Shown piece after piece: positions 12,648-22,586 of a DNA stretch of 64,000 nt; positions within the stretch are counted from its first letter, which is position 1, and every line of letters starts with the position of its first letter. A program made the translations under genes and the position numbers. The DNA lies in NCBI GenBank assembly GCA_963823665.1, contig CAWGMQ010000002.1, forward strand, positions 64,001 to 128,000, read 5' to 3'. A model generated the notes under the pieces. It was not told the DNA's origin and made no database searches. It worked only from the letters and a program-made list of their open reading frames with translations. The DNA comes from an uncultured Planctomycetota bacterium (GTDB taxonomy: Bacteria > Planctomycetota > Planctomycetia > Isosphaerales > Isosphaeraceae).

Positions 12648-13613
12648 ATGATAGGAGTCTCCAGTGTGATTCGTAAATGCCTGCTTACTCCTGACAACCG
12701 TGGGCTTGCTGGCCAACCGCCGCCGCACCGAGCCCTCCGGTCGCGCCGATTCAGGTCCGCCCGACACCGCAGCAAGCCCCGCAATCATGGCCTCTGGTCC
12801 ACTGGAAGCCCCTTCCTCGAGAACCCTGTCTTCACCGGCACCGGACGCGAGACTTGGGACCGCAAGATCCGTGAGCGAGGCTACATCTTGCCCGATCGCA
12901 ACGGAAGCTATGACCTTTGGTACACCGGATACGCCGGTGATCGCCCGGTGACGATGTCGCTTGGCCACGCCACTTCACCCGATGGCATCCATTGGACGCG
13001 AGACCCGAGCAATCCCATCTTCACCGGATCCTGGGTGGAGGATATGTGCGTCGTGCACCAGGACGGCACTTTCTTCATGTTCGCCGAAGGAAAAAACGAC
13101 ATCGCCCACCTCTTGAAATCGACCGACGGCCGCAAGTGGATTGATCACGGGTCCCTCGACATCCGCAAACTCGATGGCAAGCCAATCGAGCCCGGCCCGT
13201 ACGGCACCCCAACTGTGTGGTTCGAGGATGGGACGTGGTATCTCTTTTACGAGCGCGGCGATCAGGGTATCTGGCTGGCGGTCTCGAAAGACCTCAAAGT
13301 CTGGACCAACGTCCGAGACGACCCGGTCATCGCCATGGGTCCCGAGCCGTACGACAAGACGGCCGTGGCTCTCAATCAGGTCGTCAAACGCGATGGTATT
13401 TACTACGGGTTCTATCACGCCAATTCGAACCGCCCCTGGAAGAACTGGACCACTTGCCTGGCCCGCTCACGCGACCTGATCAATTGGGAGAAATATCCTG
13501 GAAACCCCATCGTCGAGAATAACTGCTCGAGCGCGATCCTCGTCCAGACCCCCACAGGGGAGGATCGGCTCTACACCATGCACCCCGATGTGAAAGTGTT
13601 CGTGCCGAAGTAA
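12648..13613 (+). CDS. Five-bladed beta-propeller glycosidase-like protein (GH32/43/130-like); start uncertain
   Basis: Repeated blades: LWYTGY...LGHATSPDGIHW, LKSTDGRKW, LAVSKDLKVW, LARSRDLINWEKYPGNPI. Confidence 0.75.
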   Translation: MIGVSSVIRKCLLTPDNRGLAGQPPPHRALRSRRFRSARHRSKPRNHGLWSTGSPFLENPVFTGTGRETWDRKIRERGYILPDRNGSYDLWYTGYAGDRPVTMSLGHATSPDGIHWTRDPSNPIFTGSWVEDMCVVHQDGTFFMFAEGKNDIAHLLKSTDGRKWIDHGSLDIRKLDGKPIEPGPYGTPTVWFEDGTWYLFYERGDQGIWLAVSKDLKVWTNVRDDPVIAMGPEPYDKTAVALNQVVKRDGIYYGFYHANSNRPWKNWTTCLARSRDLINWEKYPGNPIVENNCSSAILVQTPTGEDRLYTMHPDVKVFVPK

Positions 13614-13638
13614 CGCTCGACTTGAAGTCGAGGCGATG

Positions 13639-14422
13639 CTACCGATACAACACGCCCACCCGACGACGATAGTCATCGTACGTCTCCTCAAAAAGCCCAC
13701 GCGACCGCTCCACACCCAGGTGGCAGGCCGCCGTCAAGACCTTGGGAGGAGAGCCTGCCTCGGTCAGTAATCGTGCAACTTCTGCTTTCAGCAGGTTGAT
13801 GATCGTGCAGCCGGTGACGCTCGAGAGCGGCGCAACCGGCGTCTCGAGCCCGTCGATCCAGACCGTCGAATCGCCCGCTGGAGCATGCTGGTCGATCGCG
13901 ACCGTGGCCAGTTCGTGCAGTTTCTTGCCCGATTCGTGGCGTGAAGTCGAAACGCCGGCGTTCTGGAACGACGTGACCGCCACAACCGGCATGCCAAGCC
14001 GGATCGCTTCCACTGCGACGTCGATCGTCACCGCGTTGCAGCCGCTGCTCGAAATCGCCAGCAGCACGTCCTGGGCAGACGTTGCGAAGTTGCGCCACAA
14101 AACCGGTCCGAATCCCTGCACGTTTTCCAGGTACATCGCCTGGCGCTGACCGTTGGCCCCCACGACCGGATTGTGATAGGTCATCGAAAGTTCCACGATC
14201 GGGTGAAAACCCGGGAATGACCCATACCGCGGAAACATCTCCTCCACGGCCATCCGCGAATGACCCGTGCCGAAAACATGCACCAGCCGCCCTTTGAGAA
14301 TCGCGTCCGCAAACAGAGCGGCCGCCGCGCGAATCGCGGGCAACTGCGTCGCCTCGATCGTTGTCGACCGCGCGGCGAACTGCGGCCAGATACTGAGAGA
14401 GGGCGTCGCGATGTTCGCTCAT
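13639..14422 (-). CDS. SIS-domain sugar isomerase family protein; frameshift near 14360
   Basis: VHVFGTGHSRMAVEEMFPRYG, DVLLAISSSGCNAVTIDVA; start at 14422 overlaps the SDR stop. Confidence 0.85.
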
Positions 14423-15268
14423 GGCCCTGGCTCGCTCGGGTTATCGTCCGAGAGCATTCCCTCCGAAACACACCAGCCGCCGTCGACGACCAGCTCGGCA
14501 CCAGTGATGAATCGCGAGGCCCCTTCACACAGGTAGAGAGCCGCTTCGGCCACGTCCATCGCACTTCCGGGACCGCCCGCGATGGGCTGCTTCGCCGTCA
14601 GGTAGGCGCGAACACGGGCATCGCTCATCGCTCGCGCAGCCATCGGCGTATCGATCAAGCCCGGCACAATCAAATTGAACCGGATGCGGTCCGGCGCAGT
14701 ACTGCGCAGCCGCCGCCAGCGTCAGGGCCCGGACAGCTCCCTTGCTCGCGGCATACGCGAGCGTTCCGAAGTGCTTCGGTGAAGGTGAACGGTCGAGGAC
14801 TGACCCGACGTTGATCACGGTTCCCCGCAAACCGCGAGAATCGAGCGCCTGCTGGAGCATGCACTGCACCGCACTGCGGTTCGTCAGAAAGGCACCGAAA
14901 GCGTTTACCCGCATCACGCTGTCCCACGCCTCGGCCGAACATTCGTGCAGGGCGGCGTCACCGAACCTTCGACCGCTGATCCCGGCCACATGCAAGAGCA
15001 CGTCGAGCCGTCCACCCAGAACGTCGACGGCAAACTCAAATAGCCGAGCCGTCTCGCTTTCACCGGCTAAGAGATCAAGCGTGAACTCCCACGCCGAGCC
15101 AGTCGCGACAAGCTCCGCCACGGCCGCTCGACCACGCTCCTCCGATCGGCCGGCCACAACAACGCGGGCACCCTCTTCGACGAATCGCGCCGCTGAAGCC
15201 AGCCCGATCCCGCCGGTTCCACCCACGATGAGACAGGTTCGGCCGTCGAGCCGGCCGGGCCTTGACAA
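14419..15268 (-). CDS. SDR family NAD(P)-dependent oxidoreductase; frameshift near 14695
   Basis: GGTGGIG Rossmann motif, YAASK catalytic motif, PGLIDTPM and FITGAELVVDGGW in the second frame. Confidence 0.9.
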
Positions 15269-15333
15269 GGTACAAGCTCCCTCGTGCCACCGAAGCGTTC
15301 CGATCCGGTCGCACCAATTGATTCGCGTTCGTC

Positions 15334-15798
15334 TTACGCCCGCTTGACCTGAAAAACGGCCTCGATCTCCACGGCGATTCCAGCAGGCAGCGCCACCATG
15401 CCGACCGCGCTGCGCGTTCCGACGCCGGCGTCGCCGAATACGTCTTTCATCAGATCCGAATAGCCGTTGATCACCTTCGGCTGCTCAGCGAATTCCGGGG
15501 TCGAATTGACCATGCCCAGGCTCTTGATCAGCCGTTCGACCTTGTCAAGTGTGCCGAGCTTGGCTCGAAGTGTCGACAGGATCGCCAACCCTGTCTGTCG
15601 GGCCGCCGCTTGACCACCCGCCACGTCCATGTCAGCCCCCAGTTTGCCGGTGATCAGTGTGCCGTCGGATTTGAGCGGACCGTGCCCGGAAACATAAATC
15701 AAATCATCGTGTTGTATGGCCGTCACGTACGTGGCCACCGGCTTGGGTGCCGGCGGCAGCTCCAACTTCAATTCGGCCAGGCGGGCTTCGGCTCCCAT
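15334..15798 (-). CDS. RidA/YjgF/UK114 family protein
   Basis: IYVSGHGP, VINGYSDLM, GTRSAVGMVALPAGIAVEIE. Confidence 0.9.
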   Translation of the reverse strand: MGAEARLAELKLELPPAPKPVATYVTAIQHDDLIYVSGHGPLKSDGTLITGKLGADMDVAGGQAAARQTGLAILSTLRAKLGTLDKVERLIKSLGMVNSTPEFAEQPKVINGYSDLMKDVFGDAGVGTRSAVGMVALPAGIAVEIEAVFQVKRA

Positions 15799-16046
15799 GA
15801 CGATCTTCCTTCCCTTCACGTGCAGCACTAGAGGACCGATCTCTCGACTCAACATCGACCAACACTACCGGTTGCTCGCCCTCAATTCAACTATTCGGGG
15901 TTTCTCGCGATCGCCGTCATCCCGCGCCGGCGAGTGGCCGATGCAAAGGGCGTTCGGCCCGCAGGCAACTCGTCCAAGCTTGACTGCATCGTTACGATGT
16001 TCCAAGCTTCGTTAACTTGCCCGTTCGTCCCGATCGTGAACCCGCC

Positions 16047-16934
16047 ATGAGCCATCACCAGGATTTATTCACCGTCGGTCTGATCCAGATGCGATGTTCG
16101 ACTGACCCGGACGACAACCTCGCGCGAGCGGCCGGCCTCTTGCGCCAGGCCGCAGCTCGCGGCGCCCAGATCGCATGCCTGCCCGAGCTTTTTCGCACCC
16201 AGTACTTCTGTCAGGTGGAGGAGGCCGCGCGTTTCGATCTCGCCGAGCCCATTCCCGGTCCAACCACATCCGCTCTGTGCAACCTCGCCAACGAAACCCG
16301 CATGGCGATCGTCGGCTCGATATTCGAACGCCGCACCGCCGGGCTTTACCACAACACGGCCGTCGTGATCGACTCGGATGGAACGCTCCGCGGCCGCTAT
16401 CGCAAGATGCATATTCCCGACGACCCGCTCTACTTCGAGAAGTACTATTTCACCCCCGGCGACCTCGGGTTTCAGGCGTTCGACACCACGTATGCCCGGG
16501 TCGGTACGCTCATTTGCTGGGATCAGTGGTATCCTGAAGCCGCGCGGCTCACCGCCCTGAATGGCGCCAGCATTCTCTTCTATCCCACCGCGATCGGCTG
16601 GCATCAGCACGAAAAAGCGGAGTTCGGCGCCGCTCAGGCAAGCGCCTGGGAAACCATGCAGCGGGCCCACGCCATCGCGAACGGAGTCTACGTCGCAGCC
16701 GTCAACCGGATCGGTCACGAGGGGCCCTTAACCGGAGGCCTGGAATTCTGGGGCCGCTCATTCGTGGCCGACCCCTTCGGTCGCATCCTCGCCCAGGCAG
16801 GCGAAGAATCGGAGGAGATCGTGATTGTCACGTGTAACCCGCGGCTCCAGGAAGAAACGCGTCGAAACTGGCCGTTCCTGCGCGACCGCCGCATCGACGC
16901 CTACGGACCAATCACAGAGCGATTTCACGACTGA
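16047..16934 (+). CDS. aguB: Carbon-nitrogen hydrolase, likely N-carbamoylputrescine amidase
   Basis: Catalytic E-K-C motifs (CLPELF, YRKMHIPDDP, ICWDQWYPE); adjacent to agmatine deiminase. Confidence 0.85.
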   Translation: MSHHQDLFTVGLIQMRCSTDPDDNLARAAGLLRQAAARGAQIACLPELFRTQYFCQVEEAARFDLAEPIPGPTTSALCNLANETRMAIVGSIFERRTAGLYHNTAVVIDSDGTLRGRYRKMHIPDDPLYFEKYYFTPGDLGFQAFDTTYARVGTLICWDQWYPEAARLTALNGASILFYPTAIGWHQHEKAEFGAAQASAWETMQRAHAIANGVYVAAVNRIGHEGPLTGGLEFWGRSFVADPFGRILAQAGEESEEIVIVTCNPRLQEETRRNWPFLRDRRIDAYGPITERFHD

Positions 16935-16976
16935 ATCGGAAACCCTCAATTCGCGAACCGTTGTTTTCCGGTTCCG

Positions 16977-18086
16977 GTGACCTTACCCATGCTAGAGACG
17001 CCTGCCGCACTCGGTTACCGCATGCCGGCCGAATGGGAGCCTCACGAGGCAACCTGGCTCGCCTGGCCGCATAATCGCGAAGACTGGCCGCGTAAATTCT
17101 CGCCCATCCGCTGGGTCTACACCGAGATCGTCCGTCATCTGAGCCGTGTCGAGCAAGTGCGAATTGTGGTACGCAACGACACGGCAAGGCAGCGCGTGGC
17201 CGACCACCTCGATGCGGTAGGCGTGAGCCTCGACCCGATCTTGTTCTTCACGGCGCCGACCAATCGGAGCTGGCTGCGCGACACCGGCCCGACCTTTGTC
17301 GTGAAGGATGTGCCCGCCTCCGCATCGGACGCCACCGTCGCCTTGGTGGACTGGAAGTTCAACGGCTGGGCCAAATACGCCAACCACGTCCTTGACAACC
17401 GCCTCCCGCGCAAGATCGCTAGTAGCCTTGGAATGCCCCGATTTATACCACGGGTCCGTGACCCGAAATCGGGCATGCGAAGGATTGTTATGGAAGGAGG
17501 CGCGATCGACGTCAACGGGCGCGGAACACTGCTTGCGACCGAGGAATGCCTCTTGAGCGAGGTCCAGGCCCGCAATCCCGGGCTCGATCGATCCGGGCTC
17601 GAGCAAGTCTTCGCTGACTATCTTGCGATCAGTCATGTCATCTGGCTCGATAGGGGAATTGCAGGTGATGACACGCACGGCCATGTCGACGATCTCGCAC
17701 GGTTCGTCGCGCCCCACATCGTCGCGACCGTTGTCGAGCCACGACGCAGTGACCCAAACCATGAAGCGCTCGAAGACAATGTGCGCCGCCTGCAGGATGC
17801 CCGTGACCAGGCTGGGCAGCACCTGAGCATGGTCACGCTGCCGATGCCCAGCGCGGTTGTTTTCGACGGCCAGCACCTGCCTGCCAGTTACGCCAATTTC
17901 TACGTGGCCAACGGCATCGTCCTCGTTCCGACGTTCAACGATCGCGCCGACCGCATCGCGCTCAATATCCTGGCCGAGCTGTTCCCGGACCGCGAGGTGA
18001 TCGGCATTCACAGCGTTGACCTCGTCCTCGGGCTCGGCACCTTGCACTGTTTATCGCAGCAACAGCCGGCGGGCCCAACCGGTTGA
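16977..18086 (+). CDS. aguA: Agmatine deiminase (PPAD family)
   Basis: RMPAEWEPH, WLRDTGP, MEGGAIDVNG, DDTHGHVD, ASYANFY, GTLHCLSQQQP. Confidence 0.92.
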   Translation: MTLPMLETPAALGYRMPAEWEPHEATWLAWPHNREDWPRKFSPIRWVYTEIVRHLSRVEQVRIVVRNDTARQRVADHLDAVGVSLDPILFFTAPTNRSWLRDTGPTFVVKDVPASASDATVALVDWKFNGWAKYANHVLDNRLPRKIASSLGMPRFIPRVRDPKSGMRRIVMEGGAIDVNGRGTLLATEECLLSEVQARNPGLDRSGLEQVFADYLAISHVIWLDRGIAGDDTHGHVDDLARFVAPHIVATVVEPRRSDPNHEALEDNVRRLQDARDQAGQHLSMVTLPMPSAVVFDGQHLPASYANFYVANGIVLVPTFNDRADRIALNILAELFPDREVIGIHSVDLVLGLGTLHCLSQQQPAGPTG

Positions 18087-18118
18087 GTCGGTGGTCATTC
18101 TGCTGGGCCAGGGACTTG

Positions 18119-19531
18119 TCAGAAAACCCGCGAAGCATGGATCCGCGGCAGGCCAGCCTTGGCCACACTCCCTTCCGGCATCGCATCGCGAATGCCACCC
18201 CGAAGCGCATCAATCATGTCTTCCTCCGGATGTCCATCAGCCGGAAAGTCAATCCACTCCCCTCCTCGTCGCTCCCGGCAATAATTCGCAAACGCCTCCT
18301 TCAATCGAATGCACCGCGGATGGATCGTCAGGCAGCCGGCATCCAGAAGCAATTCCATCATGTCCAGCCCGTCCAGCACCGGATGCTGCGGCCATCGCGC
18401 AACGAAACGCGAGCCGAAGACCCGCTCATATTCGCCGTAGGCAACTGGGCCCAGAGACGTCCGGGCCGACGACGCAGGGTCGAGCCTCACCAGGTCGATC
18501 CGGCCCCGGCAAGGCAGCTCATCCGCCTTCGCCTTGATGTCGAGTGCATTCTTGAGGCTCATCACGTCGACGGCGAGGTATTCGCCAAAGACAGTGACCC
18601 GCATCCGCTCGTTCGCCGAATCCCTGCGAACCTGGAAGAACACCGCCGCCGTGTGCCGCGATGTTCCCGCGTCGATCGCGCACCGTACGTGATACGCAGG
18701 GTGGTATTCAGCATCCACCGAAACGTGCCGCGCCGGGTCGAAGTTGGTGAACCACACACCGTCGGTCGTCTCCAGGAATTCCGCGTAGATCTCCTGCCTT
18801 CCCAGCCTCGTGTTCTCGTACAGCGTGACGATCTGAGTGACGAATTCCACCGGCAGATGGGCCTGGTTCGCGTAAGTGGTGTCGGTGGTCTGTACGGTCG
18901 TCGGCTCGGCCAGAATGCGTTTCAGCACGGCCAGCCGCCGCGGCGTGGTGGTGATGAGCGCCTGCGGATTGGCCCCGGCCCGCAGCGCCAGCATCACCAG
19001 CTCCCACATCGATTGAGCTCGCTGCCAGCACGCCAGCTCGTCGGCCCAGATGGTGTCGATGTTCAACCCGCGGGCGCGCTCGGGCTCCTCGCCGCTCAGG
19101 CAGATCGCGCGAGCCCCGTTGGGCCAGCTCACGCGTCGCTTTGAGGGCTCAAACTTGGGCCGCATCCACGGCGGCGCGACGTTGAGCAACCCCGAGGAAC
19201 CTTCGACCAGCACGTCGCGGATGTCGTTGGCGGTCGGGGCGATCAGGCAGCCGACCTTCATGGTGCCTTGTTCAACCCGCCGCTGAATCCACTCCGCTCC
19301 GGCCCGTGTCTTGCCCGCTCCGCGCCCGGCGACATAGCCCCACACCCGCCAGTTGCCCTCGGGCGGCCGCTGGGTTTGTCGCGCCCGCGGGTGCTTGCGG
19401 CACTCTCCCGCCCGCAGGTCGCACGGGCACGATTCTGCGTACCAGTCCCACGGGACGCGGTCGGTCACCTGTACCGGGTCCGGGCCCAAGCGGGCGTCAG
19501 CCCGCTTGACCCGCCATTCGATCTCGTTCAT
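18119..19531 (-). CDS. Phage terminase large subunit-like protein (Terminase_6-type ATPase + RNase H-like nuclease)
   Basis: Walker A GRGAGKT, RARGLNIDTIWADE Walker B, ITTTP coupling motif, TRLGRQEIYAEF, nuclease acidic motifs IDAG and EDMIDAL. Confidence 0.88.
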   Translation of the reverse strand: MNEIEWRVKRADARLGPDPVQVTDRVPWDWYAESCPCDLRAGECRKHPRARQTQRPPEGNWRVWGYVAGRGAGKTRAGAEWIQRRVEQGTMKVGCLIAPTANDIRDVLVEGSSGLLNVAPPWMRPKFEPSKRRVSWPNGARAICLSGEEPERARGLNIDTIWADELACWQRAQSMWELVMLALRAGANPQALITTTPRRLAVLKRILAEPTTVQTTDTTYANQAHLPVEFVTQIVTLYENTRLGRQEIYAEFLETTDGVWFTNFDPARHVSVDAEYHPAYHVRCAIDAGTSRHTAAVFFQVRRDSANERMRVTVFGEYLAVDVMSLKNALDIKAKADELPCRGRIDLVRLDPASSARTSLGPVAYGEYERVFGSRFVARWPQHPVLDGLDMMELLLDAGCLTIHPRCIRLKEAFANYCRERRGGEWIDFPADGHPEEDMIDALRGGIRDAMPEGSVAKAGLPRIHASRVF

Positions 19532-19925
19532 CGAGCTTTTCCTCGATCTGTGTCATGCGCTCTTCCAGGCACGAAAACTTTGACACGGCCAACATGTCCC
19601 TGATGAGGGTCTTGATCGCCCCCAACCGAACTGACTCAGACTCGGCGTCCGCGGCCAGGACAACGAGCTTGGGTACTGCCCACGGCACGCGCTTGACCAT
19701 CATGCCGACTGCCCGATCGAGCATCCGGTGCCGGCACGCCTGCATCGCTTTGCGAACTTCCGGTTCCTTCGCCCACCGATAAACGGTTGGTCTGGGCACG
19801 TTGTTGTCTCGCGCCCATGCGGTGATCGAACGACCTTGCGCAAGTGCAACAGCGAGTTGCGCTTTCGTTCCTCTCTGCGTCTCGTCGCCCATGATAAAAA
19901 TGATAATCGGTGATGAATTTTTCAC
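19497..19925 (-). CDS. HTH protein, probable terminase small subunit (start GTG 19925 or ATG 19892)
   Basis: HTH (ALAQGRSITAWARDNNVPRPTVYRW), helical middle, C-terminal coiled coil; overlaps the terL start by 35 nt. Confidence 0.7.
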   Translation of the reverse strand: MKNSSPIIIFIMGDETQRGTKAQLAVALAQGRSITAWARDNNVPRPTVYRWAKEPEVRKAMQACRHRMLDRAVGMMVKRVPWAVPKLVVLAADAESESVRLGAIKTLIRDMLAVSKFSCLEERMTQIEEKLDERDRMAGQAG

Positions 19926-20192
19926 CGATTTTCCTCTTCGCCCGTCTCACGGTTCTCAGCCCCGGGCAGGCTGGCCGGCACACCCTCGTTCCGAGGGCCA
20001 GGTAAATGATTCTTCGAGATATTTGAGTCGCGCCTCGCTCGCGCCTGACGCTTGGACCATGGCCCGCGCGCCGATCCGCGACTGGAAACATCGCCCCTGG
20101 CCGGATAGGATGGGTGGTCGGACAAAATGACCGATCGCCCCATCACGGGCGCTCACGTCTTGATGTTGACCGGTTTGGAGCAGCTCGCAACA

Positions 20193-21671
20193 ATGTCTCG
20201 CCGCGATTCGAATCATCACAAACCGCCTCGATCGAATCGGCGGCCGAAAACGAATGCCAGGGCCGGCGGCTCGCGCTCTCGCCCGCCGGCACCAGCCGTT
20301 CCCGAGGCCCACTCGAAACAATCCCAAGAACACGACCGCGAGCGTCGCGGTCCCGGGCGTCGTCCCGATCGCGAATCCGGACCGGGAACGCTCGAGCGCG
20401 TTCAGAAAGTGCTGGCACATGCCGGCCTCGGCTCTCGTCGAAGTTGTGAAGAGCTGATCAGACAAGGGCGTGTTGCCATCGACGGGCAGGTCATTCGCGA
20501 GCTCGGCACTCGAGTTGACCCCGATAAAGCACGAATCACCGTTGATGGCGAAGCGATTCGCCGTGAGTCCATGGTGTATTACGCCGTCAACAAGCCCAAG
20601 GGATACGTTTCAACCAACGCCGATCCTGCTGGAAGACCCCGTGTCGTTGATCTCCTCCCGGAGATCCCCGAACGCGTCTACACGGTCGGTCGACTCGACG
20701 AGGAAAGCACCGGGTTGATGATCTTGACCAACGATGGCGAGTTGGCCAATCGGCTGGCTCATCCACGTTACGGTGTCGAGAAAGTGTACCGTGCGCTCAT
20801 CGCGGGTGCCCCTGATCAGGAGGTTCTTGCCAAGCTGACGGCCGGAGTTTGGCTCTCTGACGGCAAGATCCGCGCCAAGCGCGCCCGACTCGTCGGCCGC
20901 CAGGGCCAGGCCCATGTGCTCGAGCTCGTACTGGCCGAAGGAAAAAACCGCGAAATTCGTCGGATGTTGGCCAAGCTCGGGCACAAAGTGATGTCGCTGA
21001 GCCGCATTGCCGTAGGCCCCGTCAGCGGCAAGGGGCTCTCCAGTGGCGAACACCGTTCCCTCTCCCGGCACGAGGTCGATCTGCTTTGGAAGGTGGCTAA
21101 TGGTGCCGACGTATCGTTGCCACGGTTCCTCGATGGTGAATCCCAGCCCCGAGCTCGGGGTGATTCAAGGCGTCATCCCCAGCCCGGCGGCGGCCGTGGC
21201 CAGCGGAATAGACCCGGCTCACCGCAAGGACACCATGGCCAGTTCCGCCGCGAGACCGGCCCAACTCCTGGCTCAAAACAAAGCCGGCCGGCACTGTCAT
21301 CACACTCAACTCAATCTCCGCCTCCTCCGTCACACCGGCCGGATTCCGCGCCCCGAAACACGCGGCCGTCCCATGAACCAGCAGCCCGCAAGCCACCGAA
21401 CCGCGAGCGGTCCGGCGGTGCTCCGCGAACAGACAGGGCGAAGACGCTGAAGCACGCACCGGCAAGTTCCCGGCGCTCGGTAACCCCTGCGCCCATTCGC
21501 CGCATCATCGGCCTGGAGCCCCAGGCGCGACCGCAGCCGAACCCGCAATTCGAGCAAAAGCGCAGTCGCAAACGCCCCCCGCCCAGAACTTACCGCCGGT
21601 CCCCATCGCCGAAGGCGACGAAACAAACATTTCCATCCCCGCCGCCGCGCACTGTCGGTGAAGATGCATGA
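20193..21671 (+). CDS. rRNA pseudouridine synthase (RsuA/RluB family, S4 domain) with long basic disordered tails
   Basis: ERVQKVLAHAGLGSRR (S4), NKPKGY, VGRLDEESTGLMILTNDG, EGKNREIRRM. Confidence 0.92.
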   Translation: MSRRDSNHHKPPRSNRRPKTNARAGGSRSRPPAPAVPEAHSKQSQEHDRERRGPGRRPDRESGPGTLERVQKVLAHAGLGSRRSCEELIRQGRVAIDGQVIRELGTRVDPDKARITVDGEAIRRESMVYYAVNKPKGYVSTNADPAGRPRVVDLLPEIPERVYTVGRLDEESTGLMILTNDGELANRLAHPRYGVEKVYRALIAGAPDQEVLAKLTAGVWLSDGKIRAKRARLVGRQGQAHVLELVLAEGKNREIRRMLAKLGHKVMSLSRIAVGPVSGKGLSSGEHRSLSRHEVDLLWKVANGADVSLPRFLDGESQPRARGDSRRHPQPGGGRGQRNRPGSPQGHHGQFRRETGPTPGSKQSRPALSSHSTQSPPPPSHRPDSAPRNTRPSHEPAARKPPNRERSGGAPRTDRAKTLKHAPASSRRSVTPAPIRRIIGLEPQARPQPNPQFEQKRSRKRPPPRTYRRSPSPKATKQTFPSPPPRTVGEDA

Positions 21672-22528
21672 ATCCCCACTCATGCATATCGAGTCCCACC
21701 GCGACTGATCGCATGATTCGGATTTTGGAGAACGTCGCAATTGCTCGCGATACCTTTCGGCTGCGCCTGGATGACCCCGCGCTAGCCCAAGCGATCCGGC
21801 CCGGCCAGTTTGTCATGATCCGTCCGGGACTCGTGGATGCATCCGACCCGTTGCTGGGCAGGCCGCTCGCCCTCTACGACGTGGCTTGCTCCCGATCAGG
21901 CACGCCGGAATCGTTCGACGTCGTCTATCTGGTCGTAGGCCGTGGCACCGCCTCGCTTGCGCTCCGACGGCCCGGTGAGCAACTCGCCGTGTGGGGACCG
22001 CTGGGAAACGGGTTTGGCCCGCCGCCCGGCGGCCCTGTGTTATTCGTCGCCGGCGGTATCGGCCAGACGCCCTTTCTTGCCCTGGGCCGGTCCTGGCTGC
22101 GAGCGCGGGGCCCGGCGTCGTCGATCACTTTGCTTTACGGCGTGCGATCCGCGGCGTTCCTGGCGGGTGTCGAAGACTTCCGGCAAGCCGGTATCGAGGT
22201 CGAGCTCGCAACCGACGACGGGACGGCTGGCCATCACGGCTTCGTCACCGAGTTGCTGGCCCGTCGTCTTGCGGCTGGAGAGCGGCCGGCGAAGGTCGTC
22301 GGCTGCGGGCCGCCCGCGATGCTTGCTGCCCTGGCCAGGCTCGTTTCGAGTTATCGCATCCCCTGCGACGTCTCGCTCGAAAATCACATGGCCTGCGGCT
22401 TCGGCGCATGTTTCAGTTGCGTAGCCCCCATACGTAAAGATGATGGCGTACTCGACCTTCGACGCGTCTGCGTCGAGGGACCCGTTGTGCCGGCAGAACG
22501 CGTTGACTGGGCAGCCATGACCCACTGA
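21668..22528 (+). CDS. pyrK: Dihydroorotate dehydrogenase electron transfer subunit
   Basis: PGQFVMI, GPLGNGF, AGGIG, CGPPAM, MACGFGACFSC...RVCVEGP 2Fe-2S motif. Confidence 0.88.
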   Translation: MNPHSCISSPTATDRMIRILENVAIARDTFRLRLDDPALAQAIRPGQFVMIRPGLVDASDPLLGRPLALYDVACSRSGTPESFDVVYLVVGRGTASLALRRPGEQLAVWGPLGNGFGPPPGGPVLFVAGGIGQTPFLALGRSWLRARGPASSITLLYGVRSAAFLAGVEDFRQAGIEVELATDDGTAGHHGFVTELLARRLAAGERPAKVVGCGPPAMLAALARLVSSYRIPCDVSLENHMACGFGACFSCVAPIRKDDGVLDLRRVCVEGPVVPAERVDWAAMTH

Positions 22529-22586
22529 ATCGCCGCAGAGACGCCGACGTTGATCCGAAGCCGGGGAATAATACCCGCGCTCACAA

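Noticed and set aside
18083..19144. Long plus-strand ORF opposite terL (and similar antisense ORFs elsewhere)
   Set aside because: No recognisable motifs; long shadow ORFs are expected in GC-rich DNA opposite real genes.
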